From: Stramenopiles sp. TOSAG23-2
Lineage: Eukaryota
Direction of reading: 5' to 3'
DNA length: 64,000 nucleotides
NCBI GenBank assembly: GCA_900128395.1
Contig: LT649238.1
Coordinates: 1-64,000 of the forward strand
The notes beneath the pieces were generated by a model, which was given only the letters and a program-made list of their open reading frames with translations, did not search any database and was not told the origin of the DNA. Shown here piece by piece: positions 44,915-55,027 of this stretch; the stretch's first letter is position 1, and each line of letters starts with the position of its first letter. Both the position numbers and the translations under genes were made by a program.

Positions 44915-46189
44915 TTAAAATGAATCACCTTCAGCTTCAATGATTGCTGCCATACCCATACCGGTACCAATGCACATTGATACACATCCTACTTTTTTCT
45001 TTGTACGATGTAATTCAGCTAATAAAGTTGCAACTTGACGTGCACCAGTCATACCAAGTGGATGGCCTAATGCGATTGCACCACCATTTGGGTTTACTTT
45101 TTCCCAATCGATGTTCAATTTTTTAACGCAATATGCAGCTTGACTTGCAAATGCTTCATTAATTTCATAAACATCAACATCTTGTGGGGTGATACCAACT
45201 GCTTCGCATGCTGGTGGAATTGCTACTGCTGGACCAATACCCATTTCATCTGGGTTGACACCTACCACTTTGTATCCACGGAAGGAGCCAATAATTGGTG
45301 CGCCAAGTGCTTTAGCTTTGCTACGTTTCATTAACAATACAGCTGCTGCGCCATCACTTACTTGAGAACTGTTACCTGCGGTACTTGTTCCGTTTTCTTT
45401 GAATGCTGGTTTTAATTTAGCAAGACCTTCCATAGTAGTGCTTGCACGTGGACCTTCATCTGCATCAACAACAATTTCCATTTTTTTACCAGTTGCTTTA
45501 TCAGTTTTGGTAGTTTTTACAGGAACAATTTCTCTTTTGAAACGACCTTCTTTTTGTGCACGTAATGCACGCATGTTGGAATCGTATGCCATGGAATCTT
45601 GCATTTCACGGGTAATACCGTAACGTTCTGCAACATTTTCAGAAGTTTGTCCCATACTTGAAAGCGCTTGTCTTGCCAATGGATGCTCAAAGTTTGCTTT
45701 CATATTTGCTGGAGTTGGTGCACGTTTCTCACCTGGTTTTGGTTGTACACCACCACCATAGGACATGCTTTCAACACCTGCACCGATACCAGCATCGATG
45801 GAGCCAGATGCAATCGCACCTGCAACATCTGCAATTGCTTGTAAACCAGATGAGCATTGACGGTTCACACTGTTCAAAGGCACAGTTACTGGGAAACCAG
45901 AACGAAGTTGTGCCATACGTGCGGAACCAGCGTAGGAACCACCCATTTGCACATTTCCTACAGTTACATTACCGACTTCACTGTATGGAACTTTGCTTCT
46001 TTCCATGGTTGCTTCGAATACAGCTTTTAACAATTCATCTGGGGTTGTTTCTGCGAATCCACCACGACGTGCTTTGCCAATTGCAGTACGAAGTGCAGAT
46101 ACAATGACAACGTCATTGTCGTTTTCAACACCAAGGGAACCTAAAGGTCCAGATGCCGTATTATTACGTTGTAAAAATGCGCGAGACAT
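44915..46189 (-). CDS. ACAA1: 3-ketoacyl-CoA thiolase, peroxisomal type
   Basis: NRQCSSG (catalytic Cys), AGNSSQVSDGAAA, NEAF, GHPLG, CIGTGMG. Confidence 0.92.
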   Translation of the reverse strand: MSRAFLQRNNTASGPLGSLGVENDNDVVIVSALRTAIGKARRGGFAETTPDELLKAVFEATMERSKVPYSEVGNVTVGNVQMGGSYAGSARMAQLRSGFPVTVPLNSVNRQCSSGLQAIADVAGAIASGSIDAGIGAGVESMSYGGGVQPKPGEKRAPTPANMKANFEHPLARQALSSMGQTSENVAERYGITREMQDSMAYDSNMRALRAQKEGRFKREIVPVKTTKTDKATGKKMEIVVDADEGPRASTTMEGLAKLKPAFKENGTSTAGNSSQVSDGAAAVLLMKRSKAKALGAPIIGSFRGYKVVGVNPDEMGIGPAVAIPPACEAVGITPQDVDVYEINEAFASQAAYCVKKLNIDWEKVNPNGGAIALGHPLGMTGARQVATLLAELHRTKKKVGCVSMCIGTGMGMAAIIEAEGDSF

Positions 46190-46929
46190 GTTGTATTATT
46201 TTTGTTGATTATTTTAAATATAATAAATGTTTGTTTGTATATATATATATATAATATAATATAAATGTGTATTTGAATATACGATAATAAGATTTGTTAT
46301 TTGATTCTGTTTTCTTTTATTGTTTTCTATATATGATGTACTATCTATACTCTTCATCTATATTTTATTTTTTACTATAGCTTCATTCATATTTTGCTAA
46401 CTTTTTTCAGTAAATATATAGAGTTATATGCAATACTATTTCATGCTAATAAAAAATTTCTTAGGAAATCGTTGAAGTAATACTATTTCTATAGTTTAGA
46501 ATACTACCTGGTAGTAATAAAAACTAAAAAAGATCGTGTGGTTAGACGGGGATAAACCACATTTCCTCGCATATTACATGATATGGGAATAGCATTGTGA
46601 TCGATGAAACTGTGTGCTTTTTCACTTTCTTTTAACACTGCATATAAGCTACACACACACCACACAAGGAAATAGTTCTCTCTGGCCGAGGCTTTTAGGA
46701 ATTTGTAAAAATTTAAGGGATTTTACCTACTATTCATTTAACCTTTTGGCACACATCCGTTATTACAGAACCCAGGAGAGTACACATTTTAAAAAAGACA
46801 TAATATATATTTATAATACAAATACATATATACTGTATGTGAAATAAAAAAAACAAACAAAACCAAGCGTAAACTATATATATATATATAATTAGACATA
46901 ACCAACATTGAACAATAACAAATAACCAC

Positions 46930-47769
46930 ATGCACGCATTGTTTAAATTAAATAAACAAAAAAATAAACCAGAGGAAGAGGAAGATTTTTGGTCAGATGA
47001 TTCAAATGATTCCGATGATTTTTGGGAAACAGACGAGGCAGATAATGTAAATAATAATTTTGTAAAATCAATTGCTATGAATGATCAAGAAGCATTAAAT
47101 TTAAACTATGTCAATCGTAGGCGTAGACTTAGAGTATATGAAAATGATCTTAAATCCGCTGTTGCAAGTTTCATAGAAGAACAAGATAAATTAGTACCAG
47201 CAGGAGATAGATATAGAAATGATATTATTGAAGCATCAACACCACGTGGTAATATTTCACCAATACGTCGGGCAACTAACATTCATAGTGGAAAAAATAG
47301 GAAAAGACCATATAGTTCACCGGGGGGTACAAAAAAAAATATGTCATCCCCATTAGATGATGGAGATGGCCGTTTTAGTCCTCATCTACGACAACGTAAA
47401 AATCGACATTTAGCTAATTTTGGAATGATAGCGAATTGGCATGCAAAAACAATGAAGAAAGTTGAAGGAGTACATGCATTTGGTAAAGAATATATTACAT
47501 CAGTAAAAGAAAAAAGAAAAGCAGAAATAGAAGCAAAAGCAGCGGAAAAAAATGTATTAAATGATTTATTACATGTATCACGTAAAAATAAAAATTTAAG
47601 ACGTAGAACTGAATATTTACTATCCCAACATCCTGAGAAACAATTTATCAAAGAAAAAAATGATTTGGCAATGAAGAGTGCAAAGATTTTAGCAAGTGGT
47701 AGTAGAAGAGATAAAAGGGCAATATTAAAATTACGACGATTTCGTATACAACAGAGTGTGAAGGGTTGA
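46930..47769 (+). CDS. Hypothetical protein
   Basis: 279-aa ORF with ATG start and host-like composition. No domain recognised. Confidence 0.65.
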   Translation: MHALFKLNKQKNKPEEEEDFWSDDSNDSDDFWETDEADNVNNNFVKSIAMNDQEALNLNYVNRRRRLRVYENDLKSAVASFIEEQDKLVPAGDRYRNDIIEASTPRGNISPIRRATNIHSGKNRKRPYSSPGGTKKNMSSPLDDGDGRFSPHLRQRKNRHLANFGMIANWHAKTMKKVEGVHAFGKEYITSVKEKRKAEIEAKAAEKNVLNDLLHVSRKNKNLRRRTEYLLSQHPEKQFIKEKNDLAMKSAKILASGSRRDKRAILKLRRFRIQQSVKG

Positions 47770-47944
47770 TTTTTGTTGTGGTGTTATATTTCTAGATATT
47801 ATATACACGCATGGCACACTAAAAAGTGAAATATTTTGTACACACACATCCCTTCTTTCATTTTATTTCACTTCGACAGCCTCACCGTTTTCGAATGAAC
47901 CCGACGTCCAGCGAGTTCAACGAGAACGCAGGGAAGGATAGAAA

Positions 47945-48118
47945 CCTACTCATGCTTGTAGAGTATTAGTTTGCGGAGGTGCAATTTAAGAGCTTAAACT
48001 ATTTCTTAACGAGGATTAGAAATATTATTCTTTTTGATTTGAGTATTTGAGCATTATTATTTACCACGGGAAGTAAAATTATTACGAAAGTATAACTTAC
48101 ACGTAGATTTTAACCATC
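47945..48118 (+). repeat. Longest copy of the dispersed convergent-spacer repeat
   Basis: Right part matches 37066-37195, 21619-21641 and (inverted) 6332-6470. Left part GAGTATTAGTTTGCGGAGGTGCAATTTAAGAGCT matches the reverse complement of about 57526-57560. Confidence 0.7.
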
Positions 48119-48152
48119 CTTTTAAAAAATTATAAAACACATTCTTTCTCTC

Positions 48153-49982
48153 TTATCTTCGTCTCCCTTTTGATCTTTCTATTTCTTGTCTCCTTTGCTC
48201 TTGCTTTCTTTTCTTTCGAACAACGCCACGGACTCTTGTATTAAAATCGTGTTTATATTTACGACCTTTTGTACCAAAATATTTCTTTCCTTTTCTTTTA
48301 TTATAATCATCGTACAAGTAAGAATCATCATTATTGTCATTATATGGTTCATTGATTGTCCTTCTGTTTCCTCCTCCTCCTAATATTTGTCTTCTTATTC
48401 TATTGTCACCATTAACATCTTCCATATAAATCTTTTTTTTTAATTTGTCAGATCTCCCTTCTATTGAAGCTATTCTTTTTCGATAAATATCTGTTTGTAT
48501 ATCAACACTCGTTTCTAAACGAGCTTTTCCTTCACCCTTTGAATTTCTATTTACAAATACATTAGGATTTAAAATGTTATGCACTAACTCTTTTTCTCTT
48601 TTTGTGTATAAATTCGTTAATTTGCCTTTAGCCCCAAAACGTGCAGTTCTACCAGCGCGATGGACATACTCTGAAGTAGTTTTTGGAAAATCAAAATTTA
48701 TAACATGTTTCACATGTAAAATGTCTAAACCTCTGGCAGCTATATCGGTACATATTAAATAATCAAATTCTTGTTTTAAAAAGCTTCTATATGAGTTTTT
48801 TCTTAAATGTGGCGGCATTTCGCTATTGTACATACCAGTATCAAACCCTTTACTATTTAATGAATGTTCGATTGCACGACAACTACTTATATTATTACAA
48901 AATATGAGCGTTGGTTCTGGTGTTAAGATTTTTTCTAACATTATTAATTTTTCTAAATTGCCACATTTTATATTTAGAGTTTGTAACGTTGGCACTGACT
49001 TGTGAAGTTCATTATCAATAACTTCTATGATATTTACGAATTTTTTTCTAATATCCCGTAAAAATGCATTATTTGCAGTAGCACTAGTTAGAAAAAATTG
49101 GCAATCCGGTCGCTTTTTTTTAGGCTTCTTTGGCCCATCTACAATACGACGAGAAAGTAATGATCGAAGAATATTTCTTACATCTCTGAAATCATTTATC
49201 GTAGTATCAGCTTCATCTATTACAACAAATTCAAGTTTTGATAAATGCAATGTATTTGAATCAAGATGCTGTTTCAAACGACCTGGGGTACTGATCAATA
49301 CATTTACACCCCTATCCAATCTCTTTACTCTTTGTTTTTCAATATGATCTTGTTGCATGTTGTACATGGAAAACTTCAAATTATGTGAAAACGGTTTAAA
49401 AACATTTGAAACTTGTAAACACAATTCTCTTGTAGGTACAATGACAAGTATTGATGGTCGCTTAGGCTTTGGATGGGGAATTAATTGATGATTTTTGATT
49501 TCATTATTCTCATTTTTATTATTATCGATTACATTATTATTTTCAGTCTCATCATTTTCGTTGCTATGTTTAACATGTATTTTTTCAATATTGTCATTAT
49601 TATTATTTATTATATTATTATCATCTTTATTATTATTATAATTATTGCCACTTAATATTAATTTTTCAACTGCTGATAACGCATATGCAAGTGTTTTCCC
49701 AGTTCCAGTACGAGTAAACATTGCAACATCACGACCATTTACTGCATGAATTATAGCTTTTTCTTGACTTGCTGTTGGATTTTCAATACCCAATTCTTCC
49801 AAAGCAAGAATTGTTTTTGGTGAAAAAGTTAGAATATCATTTTGAATTTTATCTTTATTATTTAATGTGGAAATGAAATTATATTTATAATTATATTTAG
49901 GTGGCGCTGTAATTGTTATCGCTGCATATAATCTTGGTGTGCGGTTGGCATTCCTAATTAAAGGTTTTAATAATGTTAACAT
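48153..49982 (-). CDS. DEAD-box RNA helicase, likely organellar (DDX28/RH39-like)
   Basis: Q motif PTASQ, TGTGKT, PTREL, TPGR, DEAD, SAT, ARGLD, HRAGRTAR. Presequence-like start at 49982; an upstream ATG at 50069 is possible. Confidence 0.9.
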   Translation of the reverse strand: MLTLLKPLIRNANRTPRLYAAITITAPPKYNYKYNFISTLNNKDKIQNDILTFSPKTILALEELGIENPTASQEKAIIHAVNGRDVAMFTRTGTGKTLAYALSAVEKLILSGNNYNNNKDDNNIINNNNDNIEKIHVKHSNENDETENNNVIDNNKNENNEIKNHQLIPHPKPKRPSILVIVPTRELCLQVSNVFKPFSHNLKFSMYNMQQDHIEKQRVKRLDRGVNVLISTPGRLKQHLDSNTLHLSKLEFVVIDEADTTINDFRDVRNILRSLLSRRIVDGPKKPKKKRPDCQFFLTSATANNAFLRDIRKKFVNIIEVIDNELHKSVPTLQTLNIKCGNLEKLIMLEKILTPEPTLIFCNNISSCRAIEHSLNSKGFDTGMYNSEMPPHLRKNSYRSFLKQEFDYLICTDIAARGLDILHVKHVINFDFPKTTSEYVHRAGRTARFGAKGKLTNLYTKREKELVHNILNPNVFVNRNSKGEGKARLETSVDIQTDIYRKRIASIEGRSDKLKKKIYMEDVNGDNRIRRQILGGGGNRRTINEPYNDNNDDSYLYDDYNKRKGKKYFGTKGRKYKHDFNTRVRGVVRKKRKQEQRRQEIERSKGRRR

Positions 49983-50610
49983 AGATATTTCTTTTTTTTT
50001 CTTTGTTCTTTGACAAACCAATGTTGTATTGTTCTTGTTTGCAATAATTATTGCATCTATTCTATTCATCAATGATCTACAGTAGTAGAGCTATAAGTAT
50101 ATGTTTATTATAATTTGTATAATACATACTAATACAGTTGTTATATATATCATTTTGTGGAGAGGAGTGCAGAAGGATGGTTGTTGAAAAGTTGCTGTGA
50201 GTGAGAAAAGGTTAAGGTAGATATAGGACAAGATCATGGTATATAAATAGTGTCAAATTGTACTTTTTAACTTTGCAATTTGTTTTTAAGGGGATCTCTC
50301 TCTTCATACTAGCATATGTTATACTGTCCTATACCTGGTAATACCCAAATTAAATTAAAGGTAACCACGCGTGATGATGTATCGTATCAAATTTGGGTTA
50401 AAAATTCTATATATATATATATGTTTTTATGCATGATGTGTACACATTTTTAAATATGGTTTAAACATTTTTTAGGCAAGAAAGTAAAGTACATATAACA
50501 TAACAATTTTCACTGCTGGAAACCATAGCAAGATTAATTGTGGAAAAAAAGAATTTATCGTATGTATATTAAAGAATTTGAAAATATAGTACAATTTGAT
50601 ATATTATAAA

Positions 50611-51891
50611 ATGAACAAATATTTATTATTAATATTTATTATTATTATTTTTATATTTGCAAACGATAATATTATTATTGGGAAAGCATATAATATAAAA
50701 TCACAAAATGATTGCCCAGATGGATTTTTATATCATAAAGAATCGCAATCGTGTTATATAATTCCAGAACACTTAACAGAGGTAATGGAAAAGTATGTAG
50801 CTGCAAAACCGGACAAATGGGAACGAAGAAGAAAACGTAATGGAAGAATAGTTTGCTGTTTGTCTAATTGGATCTTCTTTGACTGTTCCTGTACACTTTT
50901 GGGATATTATATTCTAGCAGGTTCGAGAGCCGGAGAATTATTTCGTGCCCTAGGTACTCCAGGACAATCACTTGGATACACTTTAGCATGTATATCCTTG
51001 CTTGCCTCATCGTTAGTTTTACCAATACTTCTACTGACATCAATTGCAGACGGGCATGTAAGGCATGTGCACGATATGGAGCAAGAATTCATGGCATTAG
51101 TCGTCAGTATGTCAAGAGAAATGAGTGACGGTAACAATAATGTTGGTGATTATGATCCGCAACAATTTTCAAACATCAATAATAATAATGCTGTAATTAG
51201 CAACTTTTTGAAAGAGGAAGAAGTTCAACCATTTCATCAAATAGATGAAGAACATGATAGTGCAAACAAAGAAGAAGCAAGTCATGGAGGAAGCGAAAAT
51301 AATAAAGCTCGTCCACATAATATTGAAAAGAAAACTCGTGGCAGCAAGTACAAGATTTCTAAAAAAGAAACTTTAAGTTATAATTTCCCAATATTAAATT
51401 TGAATGTTCATAAAATTGATCAATTAGATAAAGAACATGTGGAATTAATGAAAAGGACAAAACGACTTGTTGATCCAATAATATGGTGGTTAGTTGTCTT
51501 GTTGATCATGTGGTGTGTTGTCTTTTTTTGTGCCATGATGGCATTTACTTCAGTTGCGTTCGAATTCGCAACGGTCTGCTTCTTTTTCTTTTGTACTACT
51601 GTGGTTGGTTTGTACAAGTTTGTTAATGTCTTGGCAAGTGTCGGAGACAGATATAACATATTTATAGGCAATTTAAAGAGTCCAAATGTTTGTACATTAA
51701 GTAATCGTTTATTTAATCAGCCTTTTTATTTGGCACAACGATTTGAAGATTTTCAAATTCAAAAAAAACACACCTTCACGCTTTTTAATAATGTCCTAAA
51801 TTCTAATACAATACAACGCGTGTTGATGTCAATGGCATTAATGTTTTTATTTACATTTGCACCGGGATTGATTAGAACATTTTTTTCGTAA
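50611..51891 (+). CDS. Multi-pass membrane protein of unknown function
   Basis: Hydrophobic N-terminus, about 5-6 further hydrophobic segments, long hydrophilic central loop. Confidence 0.7.
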   Translation: MNKYLLLIFIIIIFIFANDNIIIGKAYNIKSQNDCPDGFLYHKESQSCYIIPEHLTEVMEKYVAAKPDKWERRRKRNGRIVCCLSNWIFFDCSCTLLGYYILAGSRAGELFRALGTPGQSLGYTLACISLLASSLVLPILLLTSIADGHVRHVHDMEQEFMALVVSMSREMSDGNNNVGDYDPQQFSNINNNNAVISNFLKEEEVQPFHQIDEEHDSANKEEASHGGSENNKARPHNIEKKTRGSKYKISKKETLSYNFPILNLNVHKIDQLDKEHVELMKRTKRLVDPIIWWLVVLLIMWCVVFFCAMMAFTSVAFEFATVCFFFFCTTVVGLYKFVNVLASVGDRYNIFIGNLKSPNVCTLSNRLFNQPFYLAQRFEDFQIQKKHTFTLFNNVLNSNTIQRVLMSMALMFLFTFAPGLIRTFFS

Positions 51892-52273
51892 AATGAGTGG
51901 ATATTGAGAATCAAAATCAAATATTGCGCGCATGTTAAAAAATGCTGAACGTCGTAAAAAAGGATTTATTAAAATTTAAAATATACCAAAAATATCCACA
52001 TATAATATATATATATTACATATGAGTAAGAGAAAAACACACATATATTTTTATATTTTTAATGAAAAATATATGATATTATACTTTAACTTCGTATGAT
52101 ACATATCATAAAATATTATATTAAAATATATATATATATATATATACACATTACAAGATACATTATATACTCTTACAAAATAATTTAATTTAAGTATATT
52201 GGCAAAGAAAGTTACGTCGCACGCATGAAATATGTATGCACACCTTCTTTCTTGTTGTCTATTTTTGTTTTAT

Positions 52274-52900
52274 TTAACCATTTACTGGTGCAATTGAATC
52301 TGGAAATGGCCCATTAAAATCTTTACTATTATTACTACTACTATTTTCCCCATCTTCTTGCACTTCCTCATCAACTGATGGTAAAATTCCATTACTAGCT
52401 TCTTCAATTTTTACCATCATGGTTTTTGTAGAATCAATTACACGATTACGATCATCGTTTATATTGCTTTGCCACGCACTTTTTGAATTATCAGTTAAAC
52501 TAACTTTACCAACAAGACCTGAAAATTGTAATCCTAAATAATGTGTTTTTGTATCTAAATCATAAAACGTAGCTATTAACCCGTTTTCTTCATTAATTAT
52601 AAATGGTAATTTAAATGTACCATCTGAAGTATTCCATTCAATTTTGTCTTTATGAAACCATTCCGGTTTACTTGTTACTATTTCATCAAATACTAATTCT
52701 GATAATGGATGTTTATATTTCACTTCATCATTCGACGTACTAAAGTTACGTAATAAGTTTAAATTATTATTATTATGAACCATTATTCTTTTTTTATTAA
52801 ATAATGTTGTTGTTGTTTTTGATGCTACATTATATTTTTTTACTACATGTCTAACATTTTTATTTATAATATTATTTTTACAAATTATTCGTCGTATCAT
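52274..52900 (-). CDS. Hypothetical protein with mitochondrial presequence
   Basis: R/K-rich, acid-free N-terminus ending LLRNFSTS (R-2/R-3-like cleavage site). Confidence 0.7.
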   Translation of the reverse strand: MIRRIICKNNIINKNVRHVVKKYNVASKTTTTLFNKKRIMVHNNNNLNLLRNFSTSNDEVKYKHPLSELVFDEIVTSKPEWFHKDKIEWNTSDGTFKLPFIINEENGLIATFYDLDTKTHYLGLQFSGLVGKVSLTDNSKSAWQSNINDDRNRVIDSTKTMMVKIEEASNGILPSVDEEVQEDGENSSSNNSKDFNGPFPDSIAPVNG

Positions 52901-53268
52901 GATATAGTTGTTGTTAACTTACAAAGTTGTTGAGGTTATATACTACTTTTCCTCAAATAAAAAATCGTTGATCAACTTTTATCCATTGCACTACTTTCCA
53001 AAAAGGTGCAAAGGTAAATGATGTATTTTGTTCGATGATCTTTTGTTGAATTATAAATGAGGAGATGTTGTGGGAAGTATGTCGTTGAATGGAGATTTTA
53101 CAACAAATATGTGTTTTATATATTTGGAGGGAAAAATTTAGGACTTATTCCTTATCCCCACACTTTTTGTGCCGCCTCCAGAAATTTTAAAATATAGGAC
53201 TTTTTAAGGAATTCACTCAAATAAGGGCAATTAATATTTAGAAAACTGTATACTTTAAGTACCAACAA

Positions 53269-53334
53269 TTATTCCTTATCCCCACACTTTTTGTGCCGCC
53301 TCCAGAAATTTTAAAATATAGGACTTTTTAAGGA
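53269..53334. repeat. Direct duplication of the first 66 bp of the left TIR
   Basis: Identical to 53145-53210. Confidence 0.9.
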
Positions 53335-53710
53335 TTTTGACCTCTATTTTACATAGAGTCAATATATTATACATATAAATAGCAAAGGATGCATAGTAAG
53401 GGAATAGCATAAGAAAGGTAAGTTCAATGTGCCCTGAAATGTAATGCTATATGCATACTATCGAACTAATATAGACACAGCACTAATGCCAATTGAACCA
53501 ACTAAAGTAATAATCTATGTATGTATGGTTGCGCACTTTTTTGATAGAGGCAGCAAAAAACACCAGTAAGTAAAGGTTTTTGTAGTTGTGCCTATCAGAA
53601 AAAAAAGTGGATTTCAACTTCAATGGCATACTATTGGTTTCAAAAAAAAAGGGGTGTTTAAATTTCACAGTTTTCTGGTCTTAGAATAAGAGATCTGTAC
53701 TTCAGGTCTG

Positions 53711-53858
53711 TTTTCTTAGGAAGAAAGTCTACTATACTATTAACAGTATACTATTAACACACGAGCCCACGGAACATGGAACGATTTTCTTAGGAAGAAA
53801 GTCTACTATACTATTAACAGTATACTATTAACACACGAGCCCACGGAACATGGAACGA
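53711..53858. repeat. Exact tandem duplication, 2 x 74 bp
   Basis: 53711-53784 = 53785-53858. Confidence 0.95.
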
Positions 53859-55027
53859 TACACTCTCACATACGATATCAGTATACACCTCGATATATAT
53901 AAAAATAATAATAATTTATTGATTAGTATATTGTTTTTTAATAATAATAATAATTAATGTAATTTATGATACCCACCAACTCCAGATCTTAGAGTAAAAT
54001 TTATAACATACAATCGCCGTGTCCCTGTATGCCCATACCATTTATGTAGGTGTAATGGTGCATGTGTTGTTGTGGATGCTGATACAGTACTTGTGGGTGG
54101 CTGTGGTGGTGGTTCCGTTGACGTTGTTGTTGTGTTGGATGTAGCATTGGTTTGCATTGTTGTTGTTGTTGTAGTGTTGGACATGTTTGCTGGAGATGTT
54201 CTGGTGTTGTTGAGCTACAGGTTGTAGAGTTATGGAACAATGTCTATATAATATTTATTTATTATATATATATATATGCATACACAATAGATAGATTTAT
54301 GCATTATTTGTGCGGATTTATGCAGTGAGAGATTAAATGCATGAATTTGTAGTGCTGATACATAGAGGATCATAGAATTGTTGGTACTTAAAGTATACAG
54401 TTTTCTAAATATTAATTGCCCTTATTTGAGTGAATTCCTTAAAAAGTCCTATATTTTAAAATTTTTGGAGGCGGCACAAAAAGTGTGGGGATAAGGAATA
54501 GCTCAAAATTTAGAGCGGATCCTCTCTAGAAAAATTGGCCGTGCCAAAGGCGTGCAAATTGTGAATTGGTGTGCCATTTGTGAATTTTATTAGGCGGAGT
54601 GCCAGAGAGCAGCTATTTTTTCCACAATAGTGAACAGTGTTATTCTATGCGTCAAATTATAGATCAAACCTCACTCATAGATTTTTGATTTACAAAACAA
54701 AAATTACTTTAACTTCCGAGTAAGAACGACATTAAAATGAATAAAGAATGTTTATACAATATATATATATATATATATAAAACAACATATTGTTTCAATA
54801 TATATATATATATTAAATATATCATCATATTGTTTCAATATAATATAATATTTATTTACGACATTCTTAATATATAATATACATAATATTTTAAATTAAT
54901 AATAATAATTTTGTTACATTAGTAAGGACAAAACAAAAAAAACAAACGCCCTTTCTTCATAATATATACATATATATATTTAAATAAACAGTTCCCGCGC
55001 GCTAATTACGATTTAGTTTATACAACT

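Larger units (their letters stand above)
53148..54498. mobile_element. Non-autonomous TA-flanked TIR element (Tc1/mariner-type), 1351 bp
   Basis: 53146-53270 is the reverse complement of 54376-54500 (125 bp including the outer TA, one mismatch). TA on both sides. No transposase ORF. Confidence 0.85.

Noticed and set aside
54991-55000. E2F-like GTTCCCGCGC upstream of RAD21
   Set aside because: Single imperfect match that cannot be supported alone.
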